The notes: generated by a model from the sequence alone, not told the origin. A stretch of DNA of 64,000 nt from Squalus acanthias (GCA_030390025.1 CM059432.1:9362001-9426000); one strand, 5' to 3'. Shown: positions 1 to 10,663, counted from the stretch's first letter. Numbers and translations: made by a program.

Positions 1-303
1 TCACAGTCTAAAGATAAGGGGTAAGCCATTTAGGACTGAGATGAGGAGGAATTTCTTCACCCAGAGAGTGGTGAACCTGTGGAATTGTCTACCACAGAAG
101 ACAGTTGAGTCCATTTCATTAAATATATTCAAGAAGGAGTTAGATATATTTCTTAAGGCTAAAGGGATCAAGGGATATGGGGAGAAAGCAGGGACAGGGT
201 ACTGAATTTGGATGATCAGCCATGATCGAATTGAATGGCGGAGCAGGCTCGAGGGGCCAAATGGCCTACTCCTGCTCCTATCTTCTATGCTTCTATGCTT
301 CTA
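1..303 (+). mobile_element. CR1 LINE 3' end fragment
   Basis: End of ORF2 (FRTEMRRNFFTQRVVNLWN-type), CR1 3' hairpin (ggagcaggctcgaggggccaaatggcctactcctgctcc) and (ttctatgc)n tail. Confidence 0.85.
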
Positions 304-765
304 CCTTATCCGTGGCCTTACAAGGCGTCACTGATCTGTACGAAGCTGCTCCCCCGCAGAGTGGTAGAAGTGACATGGCGCTAGCCCAGGAGAGGGATGA
401 TGGCTGAAGGGGACATGGAAGTGGCGACTCCACTCAAAGTGCTCCCACTTCTCCTCCATTGCACTCCCCCCCGCCTCCCCCCCCACCCCCTGGTCAGTAT
501 TCAGCTTGTTGCCTCATCTCCCGATGGCGAGTCTGCCCCTTTGGCGGAGCCCACATGGCTCAAACACCCAGAGGTTGTTGGCCAAGAACATCTCAGCAGT
601 TCGAGCAGGGATCTGAGCAGCCTGCCTCTACCTCTGCTGAAGCCTCAGGGGTTGCACCACGTAGGAGCGTTACACGAAGGAAGAGAAATTCACCAAGTGT
701 GTACACGCGGGTGTTTGAGAAAATGTTATGTTGTTAAGTTTCCTTTTGTTATCACGGCAAATAAA
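304..765 (+). pseudogene. Relic C-terminus of a Harbinger Myb-like gene (second, diverged element)
   Basis: Translation ...EQPASTSAEASGVAPRRSVTRRKR resembles the intact Myb C-terminus QQPSTSLAAATEVPLRRSSRVRR; AATAAA near 760. Confidence 0.55.
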
Positions 766-1003
766 ATGTATTAAATTTTCAATATTTCCCCGTGTCGTCC
801 ATTCTTGCGTGCCGAGTGGGAACTCGCCTTTTCAGTTGGTAATGAATGTGAAGACCGTGAATTGATGGGACTAATTGGGGGATGTGCAATGTGAGAGTGG
901 TTGGTTACAGGAATTCTTGTGGGAGTGGTAGGGGAGGTTGGGGAGAGGTGGGGGGGCAGGGGGTGAAGGGCCCTAATTGCCTACAATGTGACTTTGGCCT
1001 CAC

Positions 1004-2310
1004 TGTAGAGGTCGCGAATTGACTAGAGACTTAACAGCCCAGTTAACAGGACAGGCTCAGGCTATGCCTCGAGACCAACGGAATGATGGGAAAGTTGGTC
1101 ACGAACTGAGATCAGCAGCAGTTGTGTAAGGGTAAAATTAATTGTAATAATGTAAGAGCAAATCAGTTGTAATGCTTAAAGTTAGTTGAACTGCTTAAAG
1201 GACTAGAGTAAAGGTCAAATTATCTCCCGAAGGCCACAAGCCAATGGAGACAGGGGTATAATTAAATAAAAACCTGCTTGCTTGGTCTGCGGTATAGATA
1301 ATGCAGACACTGCAGAACAAAACGTGAATCATTGTTGTCTATAATAAACTAACCTCGAATGGTGTCCAATCACCAACAGACAACTCAGGTTGACCGAAGC
1401 TATGATGGAGCAAGAATAATCCTTGCAGCTCAGATGGCTAACCACCATTAGACAAAAGCAGAACTAGAGAATGGATTTCGCTAACATTGTAAGATTCTAA
1501 TCAGGTTGTTTTTAGAGACCCTGACTAAGGGTCGCTCATGATGTAATAACTGCTGATGTTTGTACTTTCTGGCTTCTTGAAGTGTATAAAGAAGCTTGGC
1601 TGCTACTATTAAATTGAGAAGTTGACCACTAGACCGCGGGGTCTATGGCTCTTCTCCCAGGGCGTTCTGAATAATAAACTGTGATCTTCTGCTTTGAGAC
1701 AGTTCGAGTGAATTCATTTTTCACCAACATTGGGAAAAGTGCTGACTGTGAACCAGAGTGAAAGACAAGTTCATCTAACTAACCGCATCATCCTGCTGAG
1801 CAAGCAAAGGAACTCGATAACCAGGAACCAGCTTGTGAGAAACAAGGGCTTGAGAACTGGTAAAGTCATCACGGCTGAGGACAAAGTGCAGGCGGCTTTG
1901 TAAATGTACGCACGGAACAGAACAAAACCAACTTTCTGGGCGCGACTTGACTTTTGCACGCGAAGAGCTGTATTTAAACAGCCCGGGTTCAGCGGATAAC
2001 TGGCTGATCTTGACAGACAGAAGAAGCAGGAGGTGGGAACAGTCACTCATCTCATAGACAACCACTTGGACCAGGGGAAGACTGACCGGACTGGTGATAG
2101 TGAGTATACACACGATAGTCTAAGTAACTAAGGGGAAGAGTAAGAAAACTGTTAGAGATTTACGCTTGATGAACCGTATGGGTATGTTGAATAAAGGAAC
2201 TACCGTATTAAACAGAACTAAACAATCGGTTGCCGTGTGAATCTTCTTCCTCTCATTTATATCGTAAATCTAGAGTATGAAACCCATGTGGGGAAGAGAA
2301 AGATCCCTAC
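1004..2310 (-). mobile_element. Probable solo LTR (TGTAG...CTACA termini) containing a nested LTR
   Basis: Inverted TGTAG/CTACA ends; TATA-like TTTAAATA on - strand near 1970; no clean TSD seen. Confidence 0.35.
1125..1729 (+). mobile_element. Probable solo LTR
   Basis: TGT...ACA ends, TATAAA near 1585, AATAAA near 1673; 5' boundary and TSD uncertain. Confidence 0.5.
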
Positions 2311-2356
2311 AGGGGCGCCAGGAGATGTGATAGTTACTTTGGTCCAGTGTGAGAGA

Positions 2357-2560
2357 CTAACTTACCCTTCCAGCTATTAGGGCATCCCTGGCATCCCGAG
2401 CAGCAGTGTGAGCGGTGGGTGTGGCCTTTGGGGCACCATCTTCACTTTCCTCCTCATCCTCATCCTCCTCCTCATCCTCCTCTTGCTCTACAGCCATCTG
2501 TAGTGTCAAGGTACTCCAGTGATCTCCCTCTCCCTTACTCCCATGTGCCTTAGTTGCATC
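2357..2560 (-). pseudogene. Relic C-terminus of a Harbinger transposase
   Basis: Acidic run then AARDARDALIAGRVS*, parallel to EEEE...ARAVRQRLIASRI* of the intact transposase; convergent with the Myb relic at 304-765. Confidence 0.65.
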
Positions 2561-2745
2561 TGAAATGCCACAGGCATCCACCCACTATATTATTGACCCT
2601 GAACCCAGGTATTTGGGATGGGGTTCAAGTGCAGACCATGAGGTGGGCAGGAGTTCCACACCATCACAGACCCGTCCCTGGGAGGCTGCCCCATAAACTC
2701 CTATCCATATATTCTGCTGAAACTCTTTCATATGGACACATATCC

Positions 2746-3922
2746 TGCTCCCAATATGTACTGAAGACTTGTGCTCCAGAACTAGCCGCGCCTCTAGCCA
2801 AGCTGTTCCAGTACATCTACAACACTGGCATCTATCCGACAATGTGGAAAACTGCCCAGGTATGTCCTGTCCACAAAAAGCAGGACAAATCCAATCCAGC
2901 CAATTACCGCCCATCAGTCTACTCTCAATCATCAGCAAAGTTCTGGAAGTTGTCGTCGACAGTGCTATCAAGCAGCACTTACTCACCAATAACTTGCTCA
3001 CTGATGCCCAGTTTGGGATCCGCCGGGACCATCGGTTCCAGACCTCATTACAGCCTTGGTCCAAACATGAACAAAAGAGCTGAATTCCAGAGGTGAGGTG
3101 AGAGTGACTGCCCTTGAAATCAAGGCAGCATTTGACCGAGTGTGGCATCAAGGAGCCCTAGTAAAACTGAAGTCAATGGGAATCAGAGGAAAAAAATCTC
3201 CACTGGCTGGAGTCATACCTAGCACAAAGGAAGATGGTTGTGGTTGTTGGAGGTCAATCATCTCAGCCCCAGGACATCGCTGCAGGAGTTCCTCAGGGCA
3301 GTGTCCAAGGCCCAACCATCTTCAGCTGCTTTATCAATGACCTTCCCTCCATCATAAGGTCAGAAGTGGGGATGTTCACTGAAGATTGCACAGTGTTCAG
3401 TTTACAACTCCTCAGATAATGAAGCAGTCCATGCCCTCCTGCAGTAAGACCTGGATGACGTTCAGGCTTGGGTTGATATGTGACAAGTAACATGCGCGCC
3501 ACACAAGTGACATTCAACGGCATTACCATCATCGAATCCCCCACCATCAACATCTTGGAGGTCACCATTGACCAGAAACTTAACTGGACCAGCCACATAG
3601 ATACTGTGGCAACAAGAACAGGTCAGAGGCTGGGTATCCTGCGGCGAGTGTCTCACCTCCTGACTCCCCAAAGCCTTTCCACATTTACAAGGCACAAGTC
3701 AAGAGTGTGATGGAATACTTACCACTTGCCTGGATGAGTGCAGCTCCAACAACACTCAAGAAGCTTGACACCATCCAGGACAAAGCAGCCCGCTTGATTG
3801 GCACCCCATCCATCACCTTAAACATTCACTAACTTCACCACCGGCGCACTGTGGCTGCGGAGTGTACCATCTACAAGATGCACAACAGCAACTCACAAAG
3901 GCTTCTTCGGCAGCACCTCCCA
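2746..3922 (+). mobile_element. CR1/L2-group LINE, RT region (5' part, frameshifted)
   Basis: ANYRP.SLLSIISKVLE, AFDRVWH, GVPQGSV.GPTIFSCFINDLP; continues at 9482; same family as 62940-63995. Confidence 0.85.
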
Positions 3923-5295
3923 TGAAGGATTATTACTAGTCCTAGCCCTTTTCGGGCTACCCTGGATCAGGCGTATTCCTCAGATGTTCACCTTCAACTA
4001 AAGTTAGAGGTAGCCAGATCCTAAAGACACTTAATTGGGTCTAAAGGTCCAGACTATCTCTCCCTAAAGGAAAGGAATGACCTGAAGATGTTACCGTCCT
4101 CCAGATAGCACTTTTAATAAGTTTAGCTAGACTGTAACCTTCCGGATATTATGAGTGTCCGGAAAGCTCCTCCAGAATTCTGCAACTCCTCACCAAAGAG
4201 TGTACAGAGATTGAGTTTGCGAGTTTGATACAGAAGTACTATGTGAGACAATTCTAAAAATATATAGATTTATTAAAGAACCGACATGTAGTTTACAGTT
4301 GGTGATTCAATCGCAACTTTAACAATTCCAAAAACAAAAAGCTTACAATTCTTATCATCAGAGATCCTTATTCTCAAATCTTAACTTCGTTACATTTTTA
4401 CATTTCTTACTTAGTCTTATTCCAGAATATCCACCAAAATCAAATACCTTGATACCCGAGACTTAAAGAGTTGAAAACTTACAGAGATTACCTCTGAAGC
4501 TGATAATTGCTTTGCCCCTTCCAGCGAATTTTGTCTTCCTATTTGAAAATCCAATCCAATCTTTATACTCTTTCTCAATGGTATATCTTTGAAGTTTTCT
4601 GCTGATGTAAGCTAATTATCTCTAGTCATTTTTCTGTTGACCCCTGCTATTCTTATAGTTTGTTCAGCTTTCAGAATCATGTCTCTACCTTTAGGTGTTT
4701 CAAGTTCATCATAAAAAACGGTTGTAACAGATGTATCTATTTGATGCCATTCTTACGAAGGTCTTCTATTCAATTCTTAAGTCACCTCAGCTGGTTGTAT
4801 TACAGATTTCGTGTCTGCTAGGTGTTCCAAGTTCAACACAAAAACAATATGATGGCTGTTGCATCTATTGATGTCATATTTATGAAAGTCTTCTGTTTGT
4901 ACCTTTTACAACATGTAAATTAAAAACACTTCAACCGGGTACACCATTGTTCCCCTAGCCACCTCAACTGGTTGCATTAAGAATTATGGGGGGAAAATTC
5001 AGTTGGTTGCGCCTCCCGTTAGCGCCTTAAGAGGGCGCTAATGGGGCGCAAAGCCGCTAGTGCCCGGGCGCAGCGATGTTTGCGCCGCTCGGGAACTTAA
5101 CTAGACATTGTGCGGTGGCGCTAAACTTTACCGCCGCGACCACCTACGTGCGCAGATTGTGACGTCATTCCATGGTGCAACGCCCTTGTGGCGCCCCGGA
5201 GCGGAAATTGAGTGGCGCCCCCTGCCTTACCGCCTGGCGCATCCAACGACCGGAAGACTGGAACGCTATCAATCACTGTGGGACTGGGGGGGGCG

Positions 5296-5305
5296 CTATT
5301 TAAAG
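5296..5305 (+). promoter_or_regulatory. Putative TATA-like box of the transposase promoter
   Basis: CTATTTAAAG about 200 nt upstream of ATG 5499, conserved in the derivative near 55751. Confidence 0.4.
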
Positions 5306-5498
5306 GGGGCCTCTTCCTGTCTTTTTCTGTGGTTGACATTTTTGCACCACTCGTTCTGAGAGAGAGAGAGAGATTCGGAGAGAGAGAAAGAGAGACTTCT
5401 GCATTGAGTCAACGCTTTGTGAGGTAGTTTTGCCTACTGATCCTAACTTCGCTGGTACTTTGGTTGCTGTCCTTCATAACTTTGCTTGCAAAGAGACT

Positions 5499-6659
5499 AT
5501 GGGGGCTGCACTGAATGGGGGCGTCGTCCTGCTCCAGCTGAATCGGAGGACACAGAGACGCAGAGAGAGAGTGGCAATGATGGCCAGACGGAGGAGGGCC
5601 AACAGGCGTATGTACAGGAGAGCTTACCCTCCCAGGGTATATCGTGAACAGCTCTCCTACATTCATATGTCTGAGGAGCTGTGTTTGCGAAGGCTGCGAT
5701 TCAGCAAGGAGGTGGTCACTGAGCTCTGCCACCTGCTGCAGCCAGATCTGCAGCCTCAACTGAGGTCCAGGACGTCCCTGTCGGTGGCAGTGAAGGTCAC
5801 AGTGGCTCTGAACTTCTATGCTACTGGCTCATTTCAAGCTGCTGCTGGGGACCTCACCAATATCTCCCAGTTCGCGGTGCATTGCTGCATCCGGCAGGTC
5901 ACAAATGGCCTCATTAAAAGGAGACGAGAGTTCATCTCTTTCCCCATGACCCCAGACAAGCAGCGTGACCGCGCTCTGGGCTTTGCGAGGATAGCGGGCT
6001 TCCCCATGGTGCAGGGCGCCATTGACTGCACGCATGTGGCTTTGCGTGCTCCACATGAGAATGCCGAGGAATTCCGGAACAGAAAGGGGTTCCATTCCTT
6101 GAATGTTCAGTTGGTCTGTGACCACAGACAGCTGATACTCGCTGTCAATGCCCACTATCCTGGCAGCTGCCACGATGCTTTCATCCTGCGCCAGACTACT
6201 GTGGCAGAACTTTTCGAGGCACCGCATCAGCCAGTTGGTTGGCTTCTCGGGGACAAGGGGTATCCATTGAGCACCTGGCTGATGACACCGCTCCGTACGC
6301 CCAACACCCCTGCTGAGCTGCGGTACAACGAGAGCCATCAAGCTACCAGGAACATCATTGAGTGCACAATCGGCGTGCTGAAGCAACGGTTCCGCTGTCT
6401 CGACCATTCTGGAGGAGCCCTGCAGTACTCGCCTGAGCGAGTATCCAACTTCGTAGTTGTGTGCTGCATGTTGCATAACATGGCAATCGTCAGGACTCAG
6501 CCAATGCCACCAGGCCTTGGAGCACCACCAGAGGAGGAGGAGGAAGAGGAGGAAGAGGATGAGGAGGATGATCATCAGCAGCACCAAGGCGGGAGGGCGG
6601 CCCACAATGGTGAAACTGCAAGGGCCGTCCGTCAACGGCTGATAGCAAGCCGCATCTAG
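5499..6659 (+). CDS. Harbinger DDE transposase (HARBI1-like), 386 aa
   Basis: Uninterrupted ORF from the first ATG (MGAAL); HTH region, GAIDCTH, NRKGFHSLNVQ, YPGSCHD, LLGDKGY, RNIIE.TIG.LKQRFRCL, CCMLHN; D-D-E triad present. Confidence 0.93.
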   Translation: MGAALNGGVVLLQLNRRTQRRRERVAMMARRRRANRRMYRRAYPPRVYREQLSYIHMSEELCLRRLRFSKEVVTELCHLLQPDLQPQLRSRTSLSVAVKVTVALNFYATGSFQAAAGDLTNISQFAVHCCIRQVTNGLIKRRREFISFPMTPDKQRDRALGFARIAGFPMVQGAIDCTHVALRAPHENAEEFRNRKGFHSLNVQLVCDHRQLILAVNAHYPGSCHDAFILRQTTVAELFEAPHQPVGWLLGDKGYPLSTWLMTPLRTPNTPAELRYNESHQATRNIIECTIGVLKQRFRCLDHSGGALQYSPERVSNFVVVCCMLHNMAIVRTQPMPPGLGAPPEEEEEEEEEDEEDDHQQHQGGRAAHNGETARAVRQRLIASRI

Positions 6660-6971
6660 GGCCCCTGCTGTGGAAATGGCTTCTGCCATTGCTAACAACA
6701 TCAATGAACCCAGCACACAACCCCTAAGCCGGCCAAGGCACCAATGATTCCAAACACCAAACATGTATATTTTGAATACAAAAACTTATTTATTTTACAA
6801 ACTCTGTGTGTGTCATTTCCTCATGACAAACTCATAGAAATAAACACAAAAAAACAGTCATTAACATAACTGGTTCTCACAACCTGGAGGTAATGTCCAA
6901 AACACTAGACAAAAGTTGGACCACGAACCTCGGCCTTTAATAAAAAAATGACCAGCATTTTGTCACACCTC

Positions 6972-7948
6972 CTACTTTTTGCCCTTCGAGGGTGATCTCC
7001 TTCCCTTGCGCACTTCCCCCCTTCTAACCCTACTGCTCCTCCGTAATGGGACCTCAGTGGCTGCAGCAAGGCTGGTGGAAGGCTGCTGATTGTCAGACCC
7101 TGACACTGCAGATGCCCCTGAAGGACGGCCTCGACCAGTTCTGGGCCTGGAGGGCCCGGCTGCAGACTGCACCAACTCTGCATGGGCGGCAGCAGTCTGT
7201 CCTACAGGCGGTGGCAAGTGCAGTGGAGAAGTGACAGTGTTGGCAGCAGGAATGCTGTCATCATGAGAGAGGAGAGCAACTCCCTGCTCGACCGACACAC
7301 TGGCACTCCCAAGGGGCAGCACTTCAGCATCCGGAGCAATCTGCTGGAGCACAGATTGCTGGCCTGCTGCGGCGCGGTGAGAGCCCCGGGGACATGTGAA
7401 CGAACCATCGAGGTTGGCAGCAGTCAGTGCTCGCGTGGCCTCAATCTGAGTCTGCATGAGAGCAGTCAGAGATGGGATCACGGCAGTCAGTGACTGAATT
7501 GCAGCACTAAGCGTTAGTGTGGCATCCGCCTGTGCTACAGCGAAGTGCTCCACACTCCTTGCCAGTGACTCAATGCATTCGGGCACCCTTCCCACTGCAC
7601 CCATGAGCTCAGTGTGCATGCCCACTGCCTGGGTGTTCATTTCTACGATCAGCCGCTCCTCCTCTGCGTCCATTGCAGTAGGAGTCGCTGGCATACTCTC
7701 CCTCTGGGGAGAAGGCCCCCGTTCTTCCCTACCCCCATGGCATTGCTGCAGCCCGCTGGGTCCTGGAGCTTCACCCTCATCAGACCCTTCCCCCCTGCTC
7801 CCCTCCAGGGAAGGCGTGTTCCCAGTGTGGGCATGGGCTTCCTCGGGAGAGGGTGGCACTGATGCTCCGGCTTCCTCTTCCTCCTCGGCTGCAGCTTCAC
7901 TCCCACTGGCAGCTTCAGGGCCCGTCTCCTCAGCTGGTGAATCACCAT
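6972..7948 (-). CDS. Harbinger Myb/SANT-like protein, exon 3 (total 458 aa)
   Basis: Acceptor ccctgctttcag; phase 1 joins in frame to ORF 6972-7859; acidic/low-complexity region, heptad-like segment and basic NLS-like tail; 237+163+977=1377 nt. Confidence 0.8.
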
Positions 7949-8107
7949 CTGAAAGCAGGGAGGTACAAGAGTGGCTTTAGCGTGAGGACAGGGTGGCAGT
8001 AAGGGAGGAATAAGTGCAGCGAGTTAGCAAGTTTGATTGAAAGTGTCAAAGGCTGGTGTTGTGAGGGACAAGTGGAAGGACAGAGGACAAAAAGGTGATG
8101 ACCTTAC

Positions 8108-8270
8108 CATTGCTGTCCAGAACGGAGTCGGCGTCTCCAGTGGCGACGGGACCGATCACCCGGCTTGCCACAATCCTGTGGACGCGCTCCTCAAGATCGC
8201 TGAGGGGTTGCAGCTGAGGCCGCCCTCCACCTGTCCGTTGCTGCTGTCTCCTATTATGCGCCAGCTTGGC
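8108..8270 (-). CDS. Harbinger Myb/SANT-like protein, exon 2
   Basis: Acceptor ttttcttgcag; AKLAHNRRQQQRTGGG motif typical of this family; donor G|GTAAGG; 163 nt. Confidence 0.85.
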
Positions 8271-8304
8271 CTGCAAGAAAAAGGACAGCATCTGAGTAAA
8301 TATA

Positions 8305-8414
8305 CAGCCATGGTCTTGCCTGATGTGCCTCCCATAGGTGAATAGCCCTTACTGTATGCAGCCATGGTCTTGCCTGATGTGCCTCCCATAGGTGAATAGC
8401 CCTTACTGTATGCA
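8305..8414. repeat. Perfect 54-bp tandem duplication in Myb intron 1
   Basis: cagccatggtcttgcc...cttactgtatg at 8305 and 8359. Confidence 0.9.
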
Positions 8415-8554
8415 AAGTGTGGAATGTGTGTGTGTGTTTCATGAAAGGGCCATAGGTGTTGGATGAGTGTTGTGCATTGGGGTTTTAAGACCCTCTGGCC
8501 ATAGAGTGAGGTTGAGATGGAGGGATGGAGAGGTATTGAGAAAAAGCCACTCAC

Positions 8555-8791
8555 CCTGACGACCCGAGTGAGGTCGTTGAACTTTTTGCGGCATTGAACA
8601 TGGGTCCTGGGCACCATGCTCCTGGAGGAGACGCTCTGAGCCACCTCCCTCCACACTCTTCTGTACTCGCGTGGCAAAGGCCTCCTGCCACTCTCAGGGA
8701 AGAGTATACATCTTCTGCGCTCCACCGCGCCAACCAGAGCATCCAAGGCCCGCTCGGTGAAGCGCTGAGCTCGTTCTCTCACCCTCTCCAT
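8555..8791 (-). CDS. Harbinger Myb/SANT-like DNA-binding protein, exon 1 (trihelix domain)
   Basis: MERVRERAQRFTERALDALV...W.EVA..VS....PRT..QCRKKFNDL; donor AGG|GTGAGT; 237 nt, phase 0. Confidence 0.88.
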
Positions 8792-9481
8792 CCTTGGCAG
8801 CAAAATGGATTCACAGATCTCTCCAGGCCGAGATTCAAGGCTGCAATGAGTAGGGTGTGGCTGGGGAGCAAGATGCCCCCCCCCTTTAAGAAGTGGCCGG
8901 CGCCAGTGTGTCTGTGTTCCCTCGCTAACTGGCAGCACCTGCGCTGCGCTCGCGCGCTGAGTTAGCGCCTCACTGCTCGGCTTTTGCGCCTTAAGACAGG
9001 TGTGCAGCGCCTGATTTAGCGCTCCACTCACCTCCCGGGGCGGTAAAAGTGAAGTTTCCAGTCAGTGGCGATAATTAGCGCCAGGCGCTAATTTTTGCGT
9101 CCAGACGATATTTGCGCCCCAAACAGGGGCGCGACCTAATTTTTCCCCCTGAGTCTCCTGTCTTTCATTTGTGTCATATTTACGAAGGCATATGTTTCTT
9201 TAATTTATGTGATTCATTTCAAAGTGTTGGTTTAAGACTCTTTAACTAGGGTATGGTATTGTCTTTTTCCCAACCTGCAGACTTTCGGGAAGCTCCAACC
9301 TCCTGTTTCAATGAGGCTATTGTTTCAGTGTCAACAACTTATCTTATCTCAAAAGCTTGTATGCTGTTTACAGCTTTTGATTGCTAGGCTTCTAGACCTT
9401 CAAGCCCAGTTTGTCATGTTTTAATAATCAAAATTCTTTCACAGGATGGTGTATTTTTCTGAATATGGCTATTCCTTCACA

Positions 9482-9790
9482 CCCAAACCCACGACCTCTA
9501 CCACCTAGAAGGACAAGGGCAGCAGGCGCATGGGAACACCATCACCTGCAAGTTCCCCTCCAAGTCACACACCATCCTGACTTGGAAATATATCGCCGTT
9601 CCTTCATCGTCGCTGGGTCAATATCCTGGAACTCCCTCCCTAACAGCACTGTGGGAGTACCTTCACCACACGGACTGCAGCGGTTCAAGAAGGCGGCTCA
9701 CCACCACCTTCTCAAGTGTGATTAGGGATGGGCAATAAATGCTGGCCTTGCCAGCGACGCCCACATCCCATGAACGAATAAAACAAAACT
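9482..9790 (+). mobile_element. CR1/L2-group LINE 3' end (continuation of 2746-3922)
   Basis: Collinear with the uninterrupted copy at 63700-63995; ends gggcaataaatgctggccttgccagcgacgcccacatccc. Confidence 0.85.
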
Positions 9791-9834
9791 TTCTGTTGTC
9801 ACGATTATTGTGTAATTTTTAAAAAAGTGTATTT

Positions 9835-10203
9835 ACAGGATGTGGGCGTCGCTGGCAAGGCAAGCATTTATTGCTGATCCCTAATTGGCCTGGTGGTGAC
9901 AACTGAGTGGCTTGCTAGGCCATTTCAGAGGGCAGTTAAGAGTCAACCACATTGCTGTGGGTCTGGAGTCACATATCGGCCAGACCGGGTAAGGATGGCA
10001 GATTTCCTTCCCTAAAGGACATTAGTGAACCAGATGGGTTTTTACAACAGTCCAGTAGTTTCATGGTCACCATTACTGATACTAGCTTTTATATTCCAGA
10101 TTTAATAAATTAACTGAATTGAAATTCGCCAGCTGCCGTGGTGGGTTTTGAACTCATGTCTCCGGATTACGAGTCCAGTAACATAATCACTATGATACTG
10201 TAC
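9835..10203 (-). mobile_element. tRNA-derived SINE, MetaSINE-like, with tail shared with the adjacent LINE family
   Basis: tRNA-like head (gagttcaaa B-box), core ctggttcactaatgtcctttagggaagg..., tail caataaatgc...gccagcgacgcccacatcc. Confidence 0.7.
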
Positions 10204-10224
10204 ATTGATCTTAAGGAAGCAGTA

Positions 10225-10663
10225 TGAACTTACATTTATATAACACCTTTCACAACCTCAGGACGTTTCAAAGCCAATGAAGTACTTTTTGAAGTGTCGT
10301 CACTGTTGAAACGCGGCGACCAATTTGCGCTCAGCAAGCTCCCACTAACAGCAATGTGATAATGACCAGACAATCTGTTTTTAGGTGTTGAGGACGAGGG
10401 ATAAATATTAGCCAAGGCACCGGGGGAGAACTCCCCTGCTCTTCTTCGAAATAGTGGGATCTTTTAAGTCCACACGAGAGGGCAGACGGGGACCTCGGTT
10501 TAACGTCTCATCCGAAAGGCGGCACCTCCGACAGTTGCAGCACTCCCTCGGTACTGCACTGGAACGTCAGCCTAGATTTTGTGCTTAAGTCTCTGGAGTG
10601 GGACTTGAGCTCACAAACCTTCTGACTCAGGGGAGCGTACTACCCACTGAGCCACGGCTGACA
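10225..10663 (-). mobile_element. DeuSINE (SacSINE1/AmnSINE-like)
   Basis: tRNA head (gtggctcagtgggtag...gttcaagtccc type), Deu-like core, L2-type tail. Confidence 0.8.

Larger units (their letters stand above)
4988..9149 (+). mobile_element. Autonomous PIF/Harbinger DNA transposon, apparently intact
   Basis: 12-bp TIRs GGGGGGAAAATT / AATTTTTCCCCC, GC-rich subterminal regions, convergent transposase and Myb-like genes. Confidence 0.93.
3923..9481 (-). mobile_element. About 1.4-kb solo LTR (3923-4987 + 9150-9481) split by the Harbinger insertion
   Basis: TG...CA termini with inverted TGAAGGA/TCCTTCA; perfect 4-bp TSD CCCA (3919-3922, 9482-9485) in the LINE; - strand TATAAA 4562-4567 and AATAAA 4269-4274; degenerate internal repeats continue across the Harbinger. 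Confidence 0.75.

Noticed and set aside
5499..6659. Calling the transposase the host gene HARBI1 (or the Myb gene NAIF1)
   Set aside because: It is flanked by TIRs, nested in other repeats and accompanied by MITE derivatives, so it is a transposon gene
5829..6764. 311-aa antisense ORF over the transposase
   Set aside because: Shadow ORF of a GC-rich CDS with no recognisable motifs
8156..9031. 291-aa ORF as the complete Myb protein
   Set aside because: Starts at a non-ATG codon in the subterminal region and reads through intron 1, including the 54-bp duplication; the spliced model fits better
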